A DNA stretch of 64,000 bases, taken from Basidiobolus meristosporus CBS 931.73. Its lineage: Eukaryota; Fungi; Basidiobolomycota. Each line of letters opens with the position of its first letter. Position 1 is the first letter of the stretch. Position numbers and translations under genes: made by a program. The notes beneath the pieces were generated by a model that saw nothing but the letters and a program-made list of their open reading frames with translations, was not told the origin of the DNA and searched no databases. The DNA lies in NCBI GenBank assembly GCA_002104905.1, contig MCFE01000322.1, positions 1 through 64,000 of the forward strand, given 5' to 3'. This document shows positions 1 through 10,898 of this stretch, in pieces.

Positions 1-1624
1 AGCATATTTTCTTGATTTTTTCACCAGTTTCTCTCTCCACCATGGCTTTAAACTCCCTGAGCTTAGACAGAGCTTCTTCCTTTCTCTCCATGAAGTAGAC
101 CCATGTGTATCTTGTATAATCATCAATAAAAGTGATTAAATACTTCATCCCACCTAAGGATAAATTTTGCATAGGTCCACACAGATCTGAGTGAATTAGA
201 TCTAATTTTTTCTTAGTTTTGATTAACCCAGAGCTCTTGAACGGTTGTCTGGCTTGTTTCCCATATATGCAGGCTTCACAGTGCTCCAAATTAGCTGGGG
301 GATCAATTTTCACTCCAGAAATTAGCTGATCTTTGATCATTTTACGCAAATAATCAAAATTGATGTGTCCAAATCTCCTGTGCCAAAGCATTGGTGTTTC
401 TTCATTTAAGTTACTTATATTGGCTTCCATATATGATGGAATATAAGTCAACTTGTATAGATTCTGATCTCTGATGCCCAAAGCAATATGGGCACCATTT
501 TGATCAGTGATCCTGCATCCAGAATTGTCAAAACTGAAACTGAGTCCTTCTGCTGTGGCCTTGCTTACAGAGAGTAGGTTCTTGGCTATTTCTGGTACAT
601 AGAGTACTTCTTTAAAGGTCAGTGTATGGCTTCCTTCACTGCTTCTAAGGTTTACTTGGATAGTTCCTTCTCCCACTGCATCAAGTGTTCTATCGTCACC
701 CATGAAAACCTTCTTAATTGGAATTTCTTGATATTGGGTAAAAAGTTCTTTTTGGTGTGTAAAGTGTTGAGAAGCTCCAGAGTCAATATACCACGTCTGA
801 GAATCCTTGTATGTGGTCATATTTAGTGCAGATATGAATAGTCTATCTTCAGTTGTTGCAGCATTTCCATATTCAGGCTTCTTTTGCTGATAATCTCTCT
901 TTTTGAAACACCGGTCTGATGTGTGTCCTTTCCTTTTGCAGTAGTTGCAAAATAGGTTGCTGTTGCCTTTGTAGGGTCTTGGGTACCTCCTTTGTTGGTT
1001 ATCATTGCTTATTAAAGCATTTTCTTCTTCCTTCTTATTGGCGCTTGATTTTCTTAATTCTTCATCCAGGAGCCTTCCATATATGTAATTTAAGGTCAGA
1101 TCTTCAGTTCTGGACTCTAGGGCTGATACAAGGCCCTGAAACTCGTCTGTCAGGCTATTCAGGATGGTAACTATCACATCCTCATCAGTAGTTGGTACGC
1201 CCACAGATTCCATCTCATCTACCAGCAGGGTAATTCTGTTAATTAGATTTTTCATTTCTTCTCCTGGCAGCATCTTTGTAGTAAAGAATTTTCTTCTCAG
1301 ATACATTTTCTTGGCAGCTGAACATGACTGGTAGGTGTCTTCTAATGCTTTCCAGGCATTCTTTGCCGTTTTTGCTCTTGAGCATTGAATTAGCAATTTG
1401 TCCTTGACATTAAGGCAAATGCAGTTAAAGGCACTTTGTTCTTTCTTCTGGTACTCTAAGGCCTCCTCTCCCACGTTTTTAGGAGGGCATCCTTCTCCCA
1501 TGACAATATCCCAAAGGCCTCTTTCTTGTAGCAGCATCTTCATCTTCACCTTCCACACTTGGTAGTTAGATCCATCTAACTTTTCAGCAGAGGGAAAAAT
1601 TCCAGTAATAGCAGTAGTAGACAT
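1..1624 (-). CDS. Copia gag-pol polyprotein, N-terminal ~541 aa, open to the window edge
   Basis: Manual translation from ATG 1624 has no stop. Motifs: KLDGSNYQVWKVKMKMLLQERGLWDIV (gag N-term), FCNYCKRKGHTSDRC (zinc knuckle), WYIDSGASQH (protease), LWHRRFGHIN...CEACIYGKQ (GAG-pre-integrase/HHCC), LIHSDLCGPM...FIDDYTRYTWV (integrase core). It is absent from the ORF track, presumably because no stop falls inside the window. Confidence 0.95.
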   Translation of the reverse strand, partial: MSTTAITGIFPSAEKLDGSNYQVWKVKMKMLLQERGLWDIVMGEGCPPKNVGEEALEYQKKEQSAFNCICLNVKDKLLIQCSRAKTAKNAWKALEDTYQSCSAAKKMYLRRKFFTTKMLPGEEMKNLINRITLLVDEMESVGVPTTDEDVIVTILNSLTDEFQGLVSALESRTEDLTLNYIYGRLLDEELRKSSANKKEEENALISNDNQQRRYPRPYKGNSNLFCNYCKRKGHTSDRCFKKRDYQQKKPEYGNAATTEDRLFISALNMTTYKDSQTWYIDSGASQHFTHQKELFTQYQEIPIKKVFMGDDRTLDAVGEGTIQVNLRSSEGSHTLTFKEVLYVPEIAKNLLSVSKATAEGLSFSFDNSGCRITDQNGAHIALGIRDQNLYKLTYIPSYMEANISNLNEETPMLWHRRFGHINFDYLRKMIKDQLISGVKIDPPANLEHCEACIYGKQARQPFKSSGLIKTKKKLDLIHSDLCGPMQNLSLGGMKYLITFIDDYTRYTWVYFMERKEEALSKLREFKAMVERETGEKIKKIC

Positions 1625-1642
1625 TGCAGAGAGTGACAGCTC

Positions 1643-1655
1643 GGGGCTCATAACC
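1643..1655 (-). promoter_or_regulatory. Primer-binding site, half-tRNAiMet (Ty5/copia Hemivirus type)
   Basis: Minus strand reads ...CAACA|GGTTATGAGCCCC directly after the LTR. The same motif recurs at 4050-4062. Confidence 0.85.
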
Positions 1656-2004
1656 TGTTGTAAGAGTCTTGGAGATATTGGAAGTGATTGGGAGAACAAG
1701 TAGATTATGTGGTTTTCACTTAATGATTTATTGAATGTAAAAGTGGTATTTATACTTTTACCTGGTCTTGGCATTACAAACACGTAGAATAGGTTAAGGA
1801 AGGTCCCAAGAACATGTGTGCAAAGTTTGGGGCTGTTTGGACAACTTTGAGAATTTTCATGTTCTGGGTACCTGGTATTTTGGTGAAAATATTCTAAGTA
1901 AATCCCGACAAGGAATTTGGTCAGTATTTTCTAGGATTTGAAGGTAATGATCTAAGTGACTAAGTTAGGTGAATATTTAGGTGGAAATACAAATTTTTAC
2001 AACA
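1656..2004 (-). repeat. 5' LTR (349 bp), family A
   Basis: TG...CA ends with 8-bp inverted termini. Homologous to 4770-5117 and 9309-10120. Confidence 0.95.
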
Positions 2005-3850
2005 GTTTCCTGGCACTGTGGCACATATAACATGGCAAAAAAAAGAAGGTTTTTGCTCAACTCTGAGCTGGGATGGCCTGCTCCCACTTGAACCACGTCT
2101 GTTTAGTGATTCAGATCCACAAATATGATCTAGAATGGTCATCTTTGTCTTCTTTAAATAGCAATAACTTTCTTTGGACTGATTACTTCATATGCGGTAG
2201 ATTCAAAGTCCATTTGCTTCTTGATTTACCCAGTTTGGTATTGGACAACACCATGGGTTGTTTGGTAGCTATTCTTAGAGTGCTTCTACTGATTTGGATT
2301 GATACAGCTGCTTTTGTCTTATCAGAATATACTTGTAGAATAGAGATTGGCGCTTTTCCAGAAGTGAGATTCTCCTCAACAAGGGCTTTGATTATCCTTA
2401 TTCTCCTGATAGTTATTTTCAACCTTGAGCTCAGTTTCCAAGGCTAACTGATCTTCTCAGTGTCTTCAGAATTCATAAAAACCATCTGGTTGATCCTTGC
2501 ACCTTTTTCTTTCAGCTCCATAGACAGCAGACATCAAGACTTCTGCACTAAATAATCTGTTCCAATATATACTACAATATCTAACAGATCCTGTTGAAGT
2601 TTCAAGGCTCTTCTGGGGTTTCTAGCTTGAGAACTTCGTACAAGAGGCTCCATAGAACATATCTGCATTGCCAGATAGTCCAAATATGGCCTACATAAGT
2701 TTTGGCACCATTTGGGAAGTACCCTAGTTTGCGGTAGTAGTATTTTCCATTTTTTCTTCTTTTCTTTTTCTGCTGATGACCCAGGGATAATTCCCTTTGT
2801 GGGGTGGTTCTGGACTTCCTTGCAGGTGGGACCACGGTGTTTTTGAGCACAAGAGTCTCCATGACATCATTGTTCCAGAATATCTGACTATTTGAGAGTG
2901 AAATAATCAAAATTGGCATCCACTTAGATCATTCATAACTTTTGATAGAGTTGACCAAATTTGATCAAATAAACTGCATTTGATAGCTAGCTTCATCAAT
3001 ACTTCGGTATCAGACTCCAATATATCAGTATTTTGAGTTGCAGAACTTGGTGGTGACTTGATCAATCAAAATTCTTGTGATCTGATCCAGAGAAGTTAAA
3101 TATCACCAAGTGTTTTCTCCCACTGTAATAAGTGATATATATATAACAAGTATAAAGTACTATGTTATGTTCTGAGTGGCTCTTAGCTGTGTACTGACCA
3201 ACTGTTGCTTGGTTGTATACTCCAATCAGGCTTGCAATTATATGCTTCACTCCTTTGGCTGGCGGTAGAATCTTCATGAGTTGATTTTGCTAAATTTGTA
3301 TAATACTTTCTCCCACTGTTTTGAGACTTAAACAGAGTGATAGCACATCTAACAGCTCCATATTTAGCTCCTGGTACACTGGTCTCAGTATCAAAACACT
3401 TGATACAATTATAGCATTCTTCTAATGGATTGTGTAGTACATATCCATACTCCAGGTGGATATATATGTATTATATATCATTGGGATCCTTACAATTCAG
3501 GAAGCTTGTTTCTGAGATCTTTTTCCATCAGTAGATAGTCCAGAATGGCGGCTAACAGCTCCAGTATTTGCATTCTCAGCTGTATTTTGAGTGGCAACAG
3601 ATTTTTGGTAAAATCCTCCTCTGGCAATCATTAATAATGATCTATATTTTTTTTTTTGCAATTCAGGATAATATCCTATCCAAGAGCTCATCTAACAGTC
3701 AATTGGGGTCATATGAATACATATTGCAGTATATTTCACTGTAGATCTGGACCCTCAATTGCTGGAATTACGCAATTTTCTTCAGTAGTGGTAGAGCACC
3801 AACATACTATATTTCTTGACACAATTACATGCCAGTTTGATTGACTCTTC
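2005..3850. mobile_element. Unclassified degenerate CpG-depleted repeat relic
   Basis: Same low-CpG composition as the flanking TEs. Only broken short ORFs, no recognisable motif. Confidence 0.35.
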
Positions 3851-4412
3851 TTCATAAATAACTTGGATAGTTACTGAAGGCATCTTTTGAAGGCAAGGCC
3901 TTCTTCTCCACAGCAATATCCTCATAAACATAGTCCTTTAGCAGCGGTAGTCTTCTTTAACCTTAGCAGAGCAATAGTGCGGAAAGTCTTTCTCCAGACT
4001 AGCAGAAAAGGATCCAAAGCATAGTAGACACCAAGAGGACAGCAAGCTCGGGGCTCATAACCTGTTGCAATATTCTGAGGAGTATTGGAAGTGATGTGGA
4101 GAACTAGAAGATTTACATATTATTCACTTATAGATTTATTGATCAAAAGTATGGTATTTATACTTTTGATAAAGTAGAGGAAAACAAACGTGTAGAGTTT
4201 GTTAAGGAAGGTCCCAAGAATATGTGTGCAAAGTTTGGGGTCTTTTGGACGACTTTGAGAAAAATAATAATCTGGGTACCTGACAATTTGGTGAAAATAT
4301 TCTAAGTAAATCCCAACAAGAAATCTAGTCAGGACAGAATGCTAATCACAGAATAAGATCTATGTGACTAAGTTAGCATGAATATTTAGGTGACAATTCA
4401 ATAATTACAACA
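3850..4412 (-). mobile_element. Truncated copia 5' end, LTR subfamily B (LTR 4063-4412, PBS 4050-4062, decayed gag start)
   Basis: 350-bp TG...CA LTR related to 7503-7849. The PBS is followed by ~200 bp resembling the start of the 1624 gag, with indels. Confidence 0.85.
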
Positions 4413-5117
4413 CTTTCTACCACAGAGTCAGAGTATATGGCAGCCTGTGAAGCTACAAAAGAAGCAATATGGCTAAGGAAGCTTTTATGGATTTAGGCTT
4501 TTGTCAAAAAATGTCTATTACTTTATTTCAGCATAATCAAGGATGTATGCAATTAGGTAGAAATCTAATTTTCATGCTAGAGCTGAGCATGTAGATATTA
4601 AGCATCATACTATAAGTGAAGCTGTGGAGAGTTACTTAGTTTACTTAGCTTACTGTCCCACCAATGAAATGATTTCAGACATATTTACCATACCATTGGT
4701 TGTAGGCAAGTCTGAATTTCTTAGGACAAAGTTAGAACTTGTCAGGATGAGAATTGAGTTGAGTGGGAGTGTTGTAAAGACTTGGAACTCCACCTTAACA
4801 CTTGCCTAACTTAGTCACTTAGATCTTTACCTACATATCCTAGAAAATGCTGACTAAATTTCCTTGTTAGCATATACTAAGAATATTTTCACCAAGATAT
4901 TGGGTTCCTGGAACATGAAAGTTCTCAAGGTTGTCCAAACAGCCCAAACCTTGTCACATGTTCTTTGGACCCTTCTAAACCTAATTTATGTGTCTTTTGT
5001 GCCAAGATCATGTAAAAGTATCAATATTACTTTTACATTTGATAAATCATGAAGTGAAAACCACATAATCTACTTGTTCTCCCAATTGCTTCTAATATCT
5101 CCAAGACTCTTACAACA
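4413..5117 (+). mobile_element. Copia 3' end: frameshifted RNase H, polypurine tract and 3' LTR (4770-5117)
   Basis: LSTTESEYMAACEATKEAIWLRKLL / QHNQGC / HARAEHVDIKHH / YCPTNEMISDIFT with two frameshifts. PPT GAGTTGAGTGGGAG lies directly before TGTTGTAA at 4770, and the LTR ends TTACAACA at 5117. Confidence 0.93.
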
Positions 5118-5179
5118 ATTGAGTGTCTGGGATCAGAAAGTGGGAGCATTGGCAGAAGACCAATCAAATGCCACTTAGG

Positions 5180-7250
5180 TATTGTTGTAATGAAAAACTT
5201 GACTATGTTCTTTGTGAAATCTGGGGTGCAATATATTTTTAATGGTCTTTGCATGGTGTCCTGATGGAATCAATACCTCTTAGTTATTGGACTTTAACTT
5301 AGTGATGGCCTTTTGACAGGGTCATCACAATTACTTCTCACAGGGTCATAGTCAAGCCAAGTGCACCTGATCTGTTCCATGAGCATTATCCTGGATTCAA
5401 GCAAGCAAATCAATTCTGGGCCAGTATTAGTATGCTAAGTATGTATCTCAGGCATATCAGAAATATCAAAGGCACAACAAGGGTGCCACAGCTAAAAACC
5501 AGTAGCTTCCTCAAGAGCCTGTTAAATTCAGTGCAGCATTTATCAGGGAAAAAACTTAGTTCTACACAAGAAGCACTCTGTAAAAGTAACAGTGAAGGAG
5601 CTTGCAGAGATAAAAATCCTTGGCTTTCTCAGGAGCCTGTCACAATCAGGGCTGAGAGCTCACAGCAAGTGGCAAAGAAATATCAGGTTGCAAGGAAAGT
5701 GCTTGTATGGGACAAGTAGGCAAAAATGAATGCACCAGTGCGGCACTTATCAAGGAGGAAATCTTGTGAAATACAAGAAGCACTCTGTCACACAAGCAGT
5801 GAAAAGACTTGTTCTGTTGGATAGTGCCACATTGAACCATGAGTGCCAAATGATGCCATTGTGTGCTGGAGAGGCCAAGTGAACCTATACTTGGCCACAT
5901 AGTTTGAAACATAGCTCTGCATCTTCATGCAAAGCAGCCCCTGTGATTCACCTATGATGCAGGGGAAAGTCCATTTCTTGACCTTTTTTTGTGGATCATT
6001 GTTGTGCAGGATGTGTAAAATCACAGAAGAACTGAAGACATGCATCAGGGACTCAATACCCATGGCGCTCTGAATCTAGATCCTCTGGCTTGTAACATGT
6101 CACAAAAATGCATGGCACTATCTTGGTCCACTGGTACTATCTGGCACTATAAGTGCTATGTATAGATCTTACTTTAGGTCTAATAATTAAATATAGTGCC
6201 AGATGGTACCAGTGGACCAAGATAGTGCCATGCATTTTTGTGACATGTTACAAGCCACAGGAGCTAGATTCAGAGTGCCATGGGTATTGAGTACCAGATG
6301 TATATCTTCAATCCTTTTTTGCTCTTACACATCCTGCACAACATTGACCTAAAAAGAAAGGTCAAAAAATGGATTTTCTCCAACACAATGGGTGGAACAC
6401 AGGGGTGGCTTTGCATGAAGATGCAGAGCTATGTTTCACACTCTGTGGCCAAATACAGGCTCACTTGGCCTCCCTGGCACACTATGGCATCATTTGGCAC
6501 TCATGGCTCAATGTGGCACTATCCAACAGAACAAGTCTAAAGACTTGGTAGTGAGAAACATAAATGTAAAGAGAAAACAGCTTACCTAAGTCAGAGACAG
6601 GGAAGCATGAGAAAAAGCTGCAGTTATCACCAATTAACACATTCAGCCCAGAACAGGCTGAGTCCTATAATAGCCAAGAAGAGTTACCAGCAAGACAACA
6701 GCTGTTTTCACAAGAGTTGGAAGTGCAGGCAGTTGAGCTACACTCACGTGAAGTGGATGAGCTTGCAGACAAAGGCAATTAGCCTACCACTGCCTCCATA
6801 TTCTCCACTGTAGACAGTGTGGAGTTCCCACCAACAGACAAAGCAACAATGTCAAGAACTGTAGGGACTTAGAGTTCAGCTCATTTGGCAACTGAGCTAC
6901 ATCTGAAGCTTCAACAGAAACAAACCAATTTGTATGTATGAAAAGTAAAAGCATTAGTTGGGTCAGAAAGTAAGAAGTGTGAAAAAGAGGCAATAGCCAA
7001 TCAGTGTACATAAATATAGGAGGTGATTGAGTGTCAGGAACCCAGAAGTAAGAGAATTGGCAGGGAACCAGTTAGAAGCCACATATGTATTGTTGTGATG
7101 GCATTCTTGACTGAGTTGTTTGTGAAATCTGGGGGCATTTTTTTGAACAGTTGTTGCACAGTGTCTTGATAGGATCAATACCTCTTAGTTGCCAGATTTT
7201 AGCTATGTGATGGCCTTTTAACAGGATTTTTAAAGTTATTTCTCACAGGG
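5180..7250. repeat. Pair of diverged direct repeats (~5180-5345 and ~7095-7250) bracketing the palindrome
   Basis: Shared blocks GTGAAATCTGGGG, ATCAATACCTCTTAGTT, GTGATGGCCTTTT and TTCTCACAGGG in the same orientation. Confidence 0.75.
5805..6538. repeat. Long inverted repeat / fold-back element: arms 5805-6151 and 6192-6538, 40-bp spacer
   Basis: The arms are reverse complements. ORFs 5788..6063(-) and 6280..6540(+) encode mirror peptides. The inner ~98 bp differ at about 4 positions. Confidence 0.92.
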
Positions 7251-7502
7251 ACTAGTAATTACATTGCTGAGCAAGCCCCAAACTAATCATTATACAACAC
7301 AACAGATTCTGCAAACAGATTTGTCAAAACTGATAACAAGTCCTTTGGATGTTGCCTTGCTTACAAATGATAGACTCTTTACTATTTCTTGTACACAGAA
7401 TACTTCTGTACAGCTATGTTGGTGACTTCCTTGATCACTTTGGAAGTTTTCTTGGATGATTCCATTTGCAAATGCTTTAAGTGTTCTGTTTCAACTCATC
7501 AA

Positions 7503-7849
7503 TGTTGTATTATTGAGTTGTCACCTAAATATTCATGCTAACTTAGCCACATAGATCTTATACTGTGATTAGCATTCTGTCCTGACCAGATTTCTTGTTG
7601 GGATTTACATAGAATATCTTCACCAAATTGTCAGGTACTTAGATTATTATTTTTCTCAAAGTTGTCCAAAAGACTCCAAACTTTGCACACATATTCTTGG
7701 GACCTTTCTTAAAAAACTCTGCCCATTTGTTTTCTCAACTCTATCAAAAGTATAAATACCGTACTTTGATCAATAAATCTACAAGTGAATAACATGTAAA
7801 TCCACTAGTTCTCCACATCACATCCAATACTCCTCAGAATATTGCAACA
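7503..7849 (+). mobile_element. Solo LTR (subfamily B) with 5-bp TSD ATCAA
   Basis: TGTTGTAT...TTGCAACA, flanked by ATCAA at 7498-7502 and 7850-7854. Confidence 0.93.
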
Positions 7850-7854
7850 ATCAA

Positions 7855-8900
7855 AACCTTCTTGATAGCAACTTTTTGATGTGGGGTAAAATTTTGCTTT
7901 GGCATGCCTGTTTACTAAATGCTGCAGATGCAAAAAAAACCACATCTAAGAATCCTGGTGTCTTGCTGTATTGAGTGCATATGAATAGTGCAACTGTGGT
8001 GGATGCTGCATGCTCATGATTATCTCTCATTAACATCCCCAGTCTGTTGTTTGTCCTTTGCATTTACAATATTCCAAGAAAGGTTGCCCTAGCCTTCCAG
8101 GGGTCTTGAGTGGTAGTACTACAAGCATGTGCATGTAGATCCCTGCTGCTACTGTATCCATTCACCACTCCATCTTACCCTGTGTATGGAAAATATTGTG
8201 CCTTGCTTTGCCATTTGGGAGTTTGCTGTAGTGTGGATGTATTCAGAGTTTGGAAGATGATGAAGTTGCAAATACTACCATCTTCCAATCTCATCATGAA
8301 TATCAACTTCAAATCTGTCATGTATTTGTTGAGGTGGCACATGCAGGACAGCTGGGAAGAGTTGGAAAATACTGAGCACAGATGTGCACATGGAGACACT
8401 TAGGCCCTTGGCATCAAGAAGCTAAATAGTCCAATGGATGGGCAATTAGTAAAGCAATACAAGGTTGAGTTGAGCACAACAAGCAATTAACTCTTATGTG
8501 ACAACTTTACCAAGGTATGCTGGGTTTCTGTTGGGTACAAGCCAATTTCTACACCTATCAGTACAGAATTCATACAAAGAGAACCAGAGCACACCTATAA
8601 TGGTGACTAGAATCAAGCATGGAGACTGAATATATTGGCCAAGTACCAAAAAGTATTTTGCAGATATTCAGGAGGTAATCCTGGCCCAAGTGGCAGCAAC
8701 TAAGAATACATTTGCAAGATATATATGTTACCAGCAATACATGGTGTATGGCAACCTTGTAAGTATCACACTGAAAAGCTTTGAAGTCAAGGTGATAGCA
8801 GTGTGTCAATTGCAGTGGGGGTGTGTGTATGCAGAGGTTAGTAAGTAGGGGTTCATAATTTTTTGATTCAAACTCAATGTGCAATAACCATGGTAGTAGT
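7855..8900 (-). mobile_element. Highly degenerate retrotransposon integrase-like relic
   Basis: Broken frames with weak echoes of integrase motifs (CHLGQD, PSIPW, DYL, PNGKAR). CpG-depleted. Confidence 0.3.
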
Positions 8901-9308
8901 GGGTAAGCAAAAAATGAGGGGTGATTCTACAGTTGAATATATGAATAGTGCAAGGGGAGGTAGTAAAAAGAAATACAATTTGGTAAAATGGTAGAGTAGT
9001 ATTGCACAGGACTAGCTATAAGCTGCTGTACTGCCACAATAAACCCAACAGAGGTTTGCATCAATGCTTTCAAACACTGTCTAGTGGTTTGTTGTAAAAG
9101 GTAACTGCATAGATTGGCCAGCTACATCCACTGAAATAAATGTGGACCAGATTGAGATTGTCAAAATGTCATGCAAGTCTTGCCAAACAAGCAGTAAAAC
9201 ACCATCAAGCTTATTACTTTATTTGGCAGTAAAATCAGCAAAACATTGTCACATACCCACCATATGAGTGTGTAAAGGGTCATTAATTCCAAGCTACCAG
9301 CATTATGA

Positions 9309-10120
9309 TGTTGTAATAATGCAATATTTAACCTAAATATTCACCTAACTTAGTCACTAAGATCATCACCTTTAGATTCTAGAGTATACTGACCAAATTC
9401 CTTGTTGGGATTTACTTAGAAAATTTTACCAAAGTATTGTTGTAAAAATTTGTAAATCCACCTAAATATTCACCTAACTTAGTCACTTAGATCATTACCT
9501 TCAAATCCTAGAGAATACTAACCAAATTCCTTGTTGGGATTTACTTAGAAAATTTTACCAAAGTATTGTTGTAAAAATTTGTAAATCCACCTAAATATTC
9601 ACCTGACTTAGTCACTTAAATCATTACCTTCAAATCTTAGAGAATACTGACCAAATTCCTTGTTGGAATTTACTTAGAATATTTACCCAGAACATGAAAA
9701 TTCTCAAAGTTGTCCAAACAGTACCAAACTTTGCACACATGTACTTGGGACCTTCCTTAACCTATTCTACGTGTTTGTAATGCCAAGACCAAGTAAAAGT
9801 ACAAATACTACTTTTATATTCAGTAAGCCATTGAGTGAAAACCACATAAACTACTTGTCCTCCCAATCACTTCCAATATCTCCAAGACTCTTACAACAAG
9901 TACCAAGTACCCAACATGAAAATTCTCAATATTGTCCAAACAGCCCCAAACTTTGCACACATTTTCTTGGGACCTTTCTAAATCTACTCTACATGTTTGC
10001 TATGCCAAGACCATGTAAAAGTATAAATACTACTTTTACATTCAATAAATCATTAAATGAAAACCATATTATCTACTTGCTCTCCAAATCACTTCCAATA
10101 TCTCCAAGTCTCTTACAACA
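9309..10120 (+). mobile_element. Solo LTR (TSD TATGA) interrupted by a second LTR (9438-9898, TSD AGTAT/AGTAC) carrying a 119-bp duplication
   Basis: TATGA at 9304-9308 and 10121-10125. Three TGTTGTAA starts (9309, 9438, 9557) and two TTACAACA ends (9898, 10120). Confidence 0.9.
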
Positions 10121-10149
10121 TATGACAGTCTTAATGTGAGATTGTCATG

Positions 10150-10471
10150 GCTGATTCTGAGTTCTCTGTTGGGACTTACTTATCAAAATTTCACATTCTG
10201 GGTACATGATGCTTTGGTGAAATATTCCAAGTTGTCCAAACAGTAGCAAGCCTTGCACACATGTTGTTGGAACCCTCCTAAGCATATTCTACATGTTTGT
10301 TTTGCTAAGACAATGTAAAAGTTTAAATACTACTTTTATATTCAATGAACATTAAATGAGAAACACATAATGTACTTGTTCTTCCAATTACTTCTAATGT
10401 CTACAAAATTCTTAAAAGAAAATCTACCTGTTCTATCAGCCATTTCCAATATCTCCAAAACTCTCACAACA
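10150..10471 (+). repeat. Older degenerate LTR copy/fragments
   Basis: Diverged matches to the LTR core (GTTGTCCAAACAG, TTGCACACATG, AAATACTACTTTTA) and an LTR-like end CTCTCACAACA at 10471. Confidence 0.65.
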
Positions 10472-10898
10472 AATATAGGCCAAGATTGCAACTGGAGGCC
10501 ATCTGCACTTGCAGAGCATGCAAATTACCCTTAGCTCTATGTACAGCTCCCATTGTACAACCCTCATTTTGTCATGGAACTCTAACAGGATTGATCCAAG
10601 ATATTTGAAGTCAATAAGCTAGTAAGTGGCCATCACACAAATCTTTTAGTTTTCCAAGCCACTTCCAATATACCCCAGAATCATGTAGTAAGGTGCAGTC
10701 AGACTTCAGAGAAAAGTGATAATATAAACAAGAATGAGTGCACCTTCTAACTGTTGGCACATATTCATTATTAGCAATGAATTTTTACATGACTACATCA
10801 AGCAACCTTCTTAGGGTGCACAATAAGTTGTTATTTTATGGACTTGGTTTCATGGACTGCCTATAATAATTTCATCGTAATTGAAAGTGATGCATAAA

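Larger units (their letters stand above)
1..2004 (-). mobile_element. Ty1/copia LTR retrotransposon, 5' half (5' LTR, PBS, gag-pol); continues beyond the left window edge
   Basis: LTR 1656-2004 bounded by TGTTGTAA...TTACAACA. PBS GGTTATGAGCCC abuts the LTR. A downstream open frame carries gag, CCHC, protease and integrase motifs in copia order. Confidence 0.97.

Noticed and set aside
626-10139. Many 60-120 aa ORFs in the TE cluster (e.g. 2073..2447, 5432..5719, 9771..10139)
   Set aside because: They are antisense or off-frame products of copia/LTR or palindrome sequence with no independent motifs.
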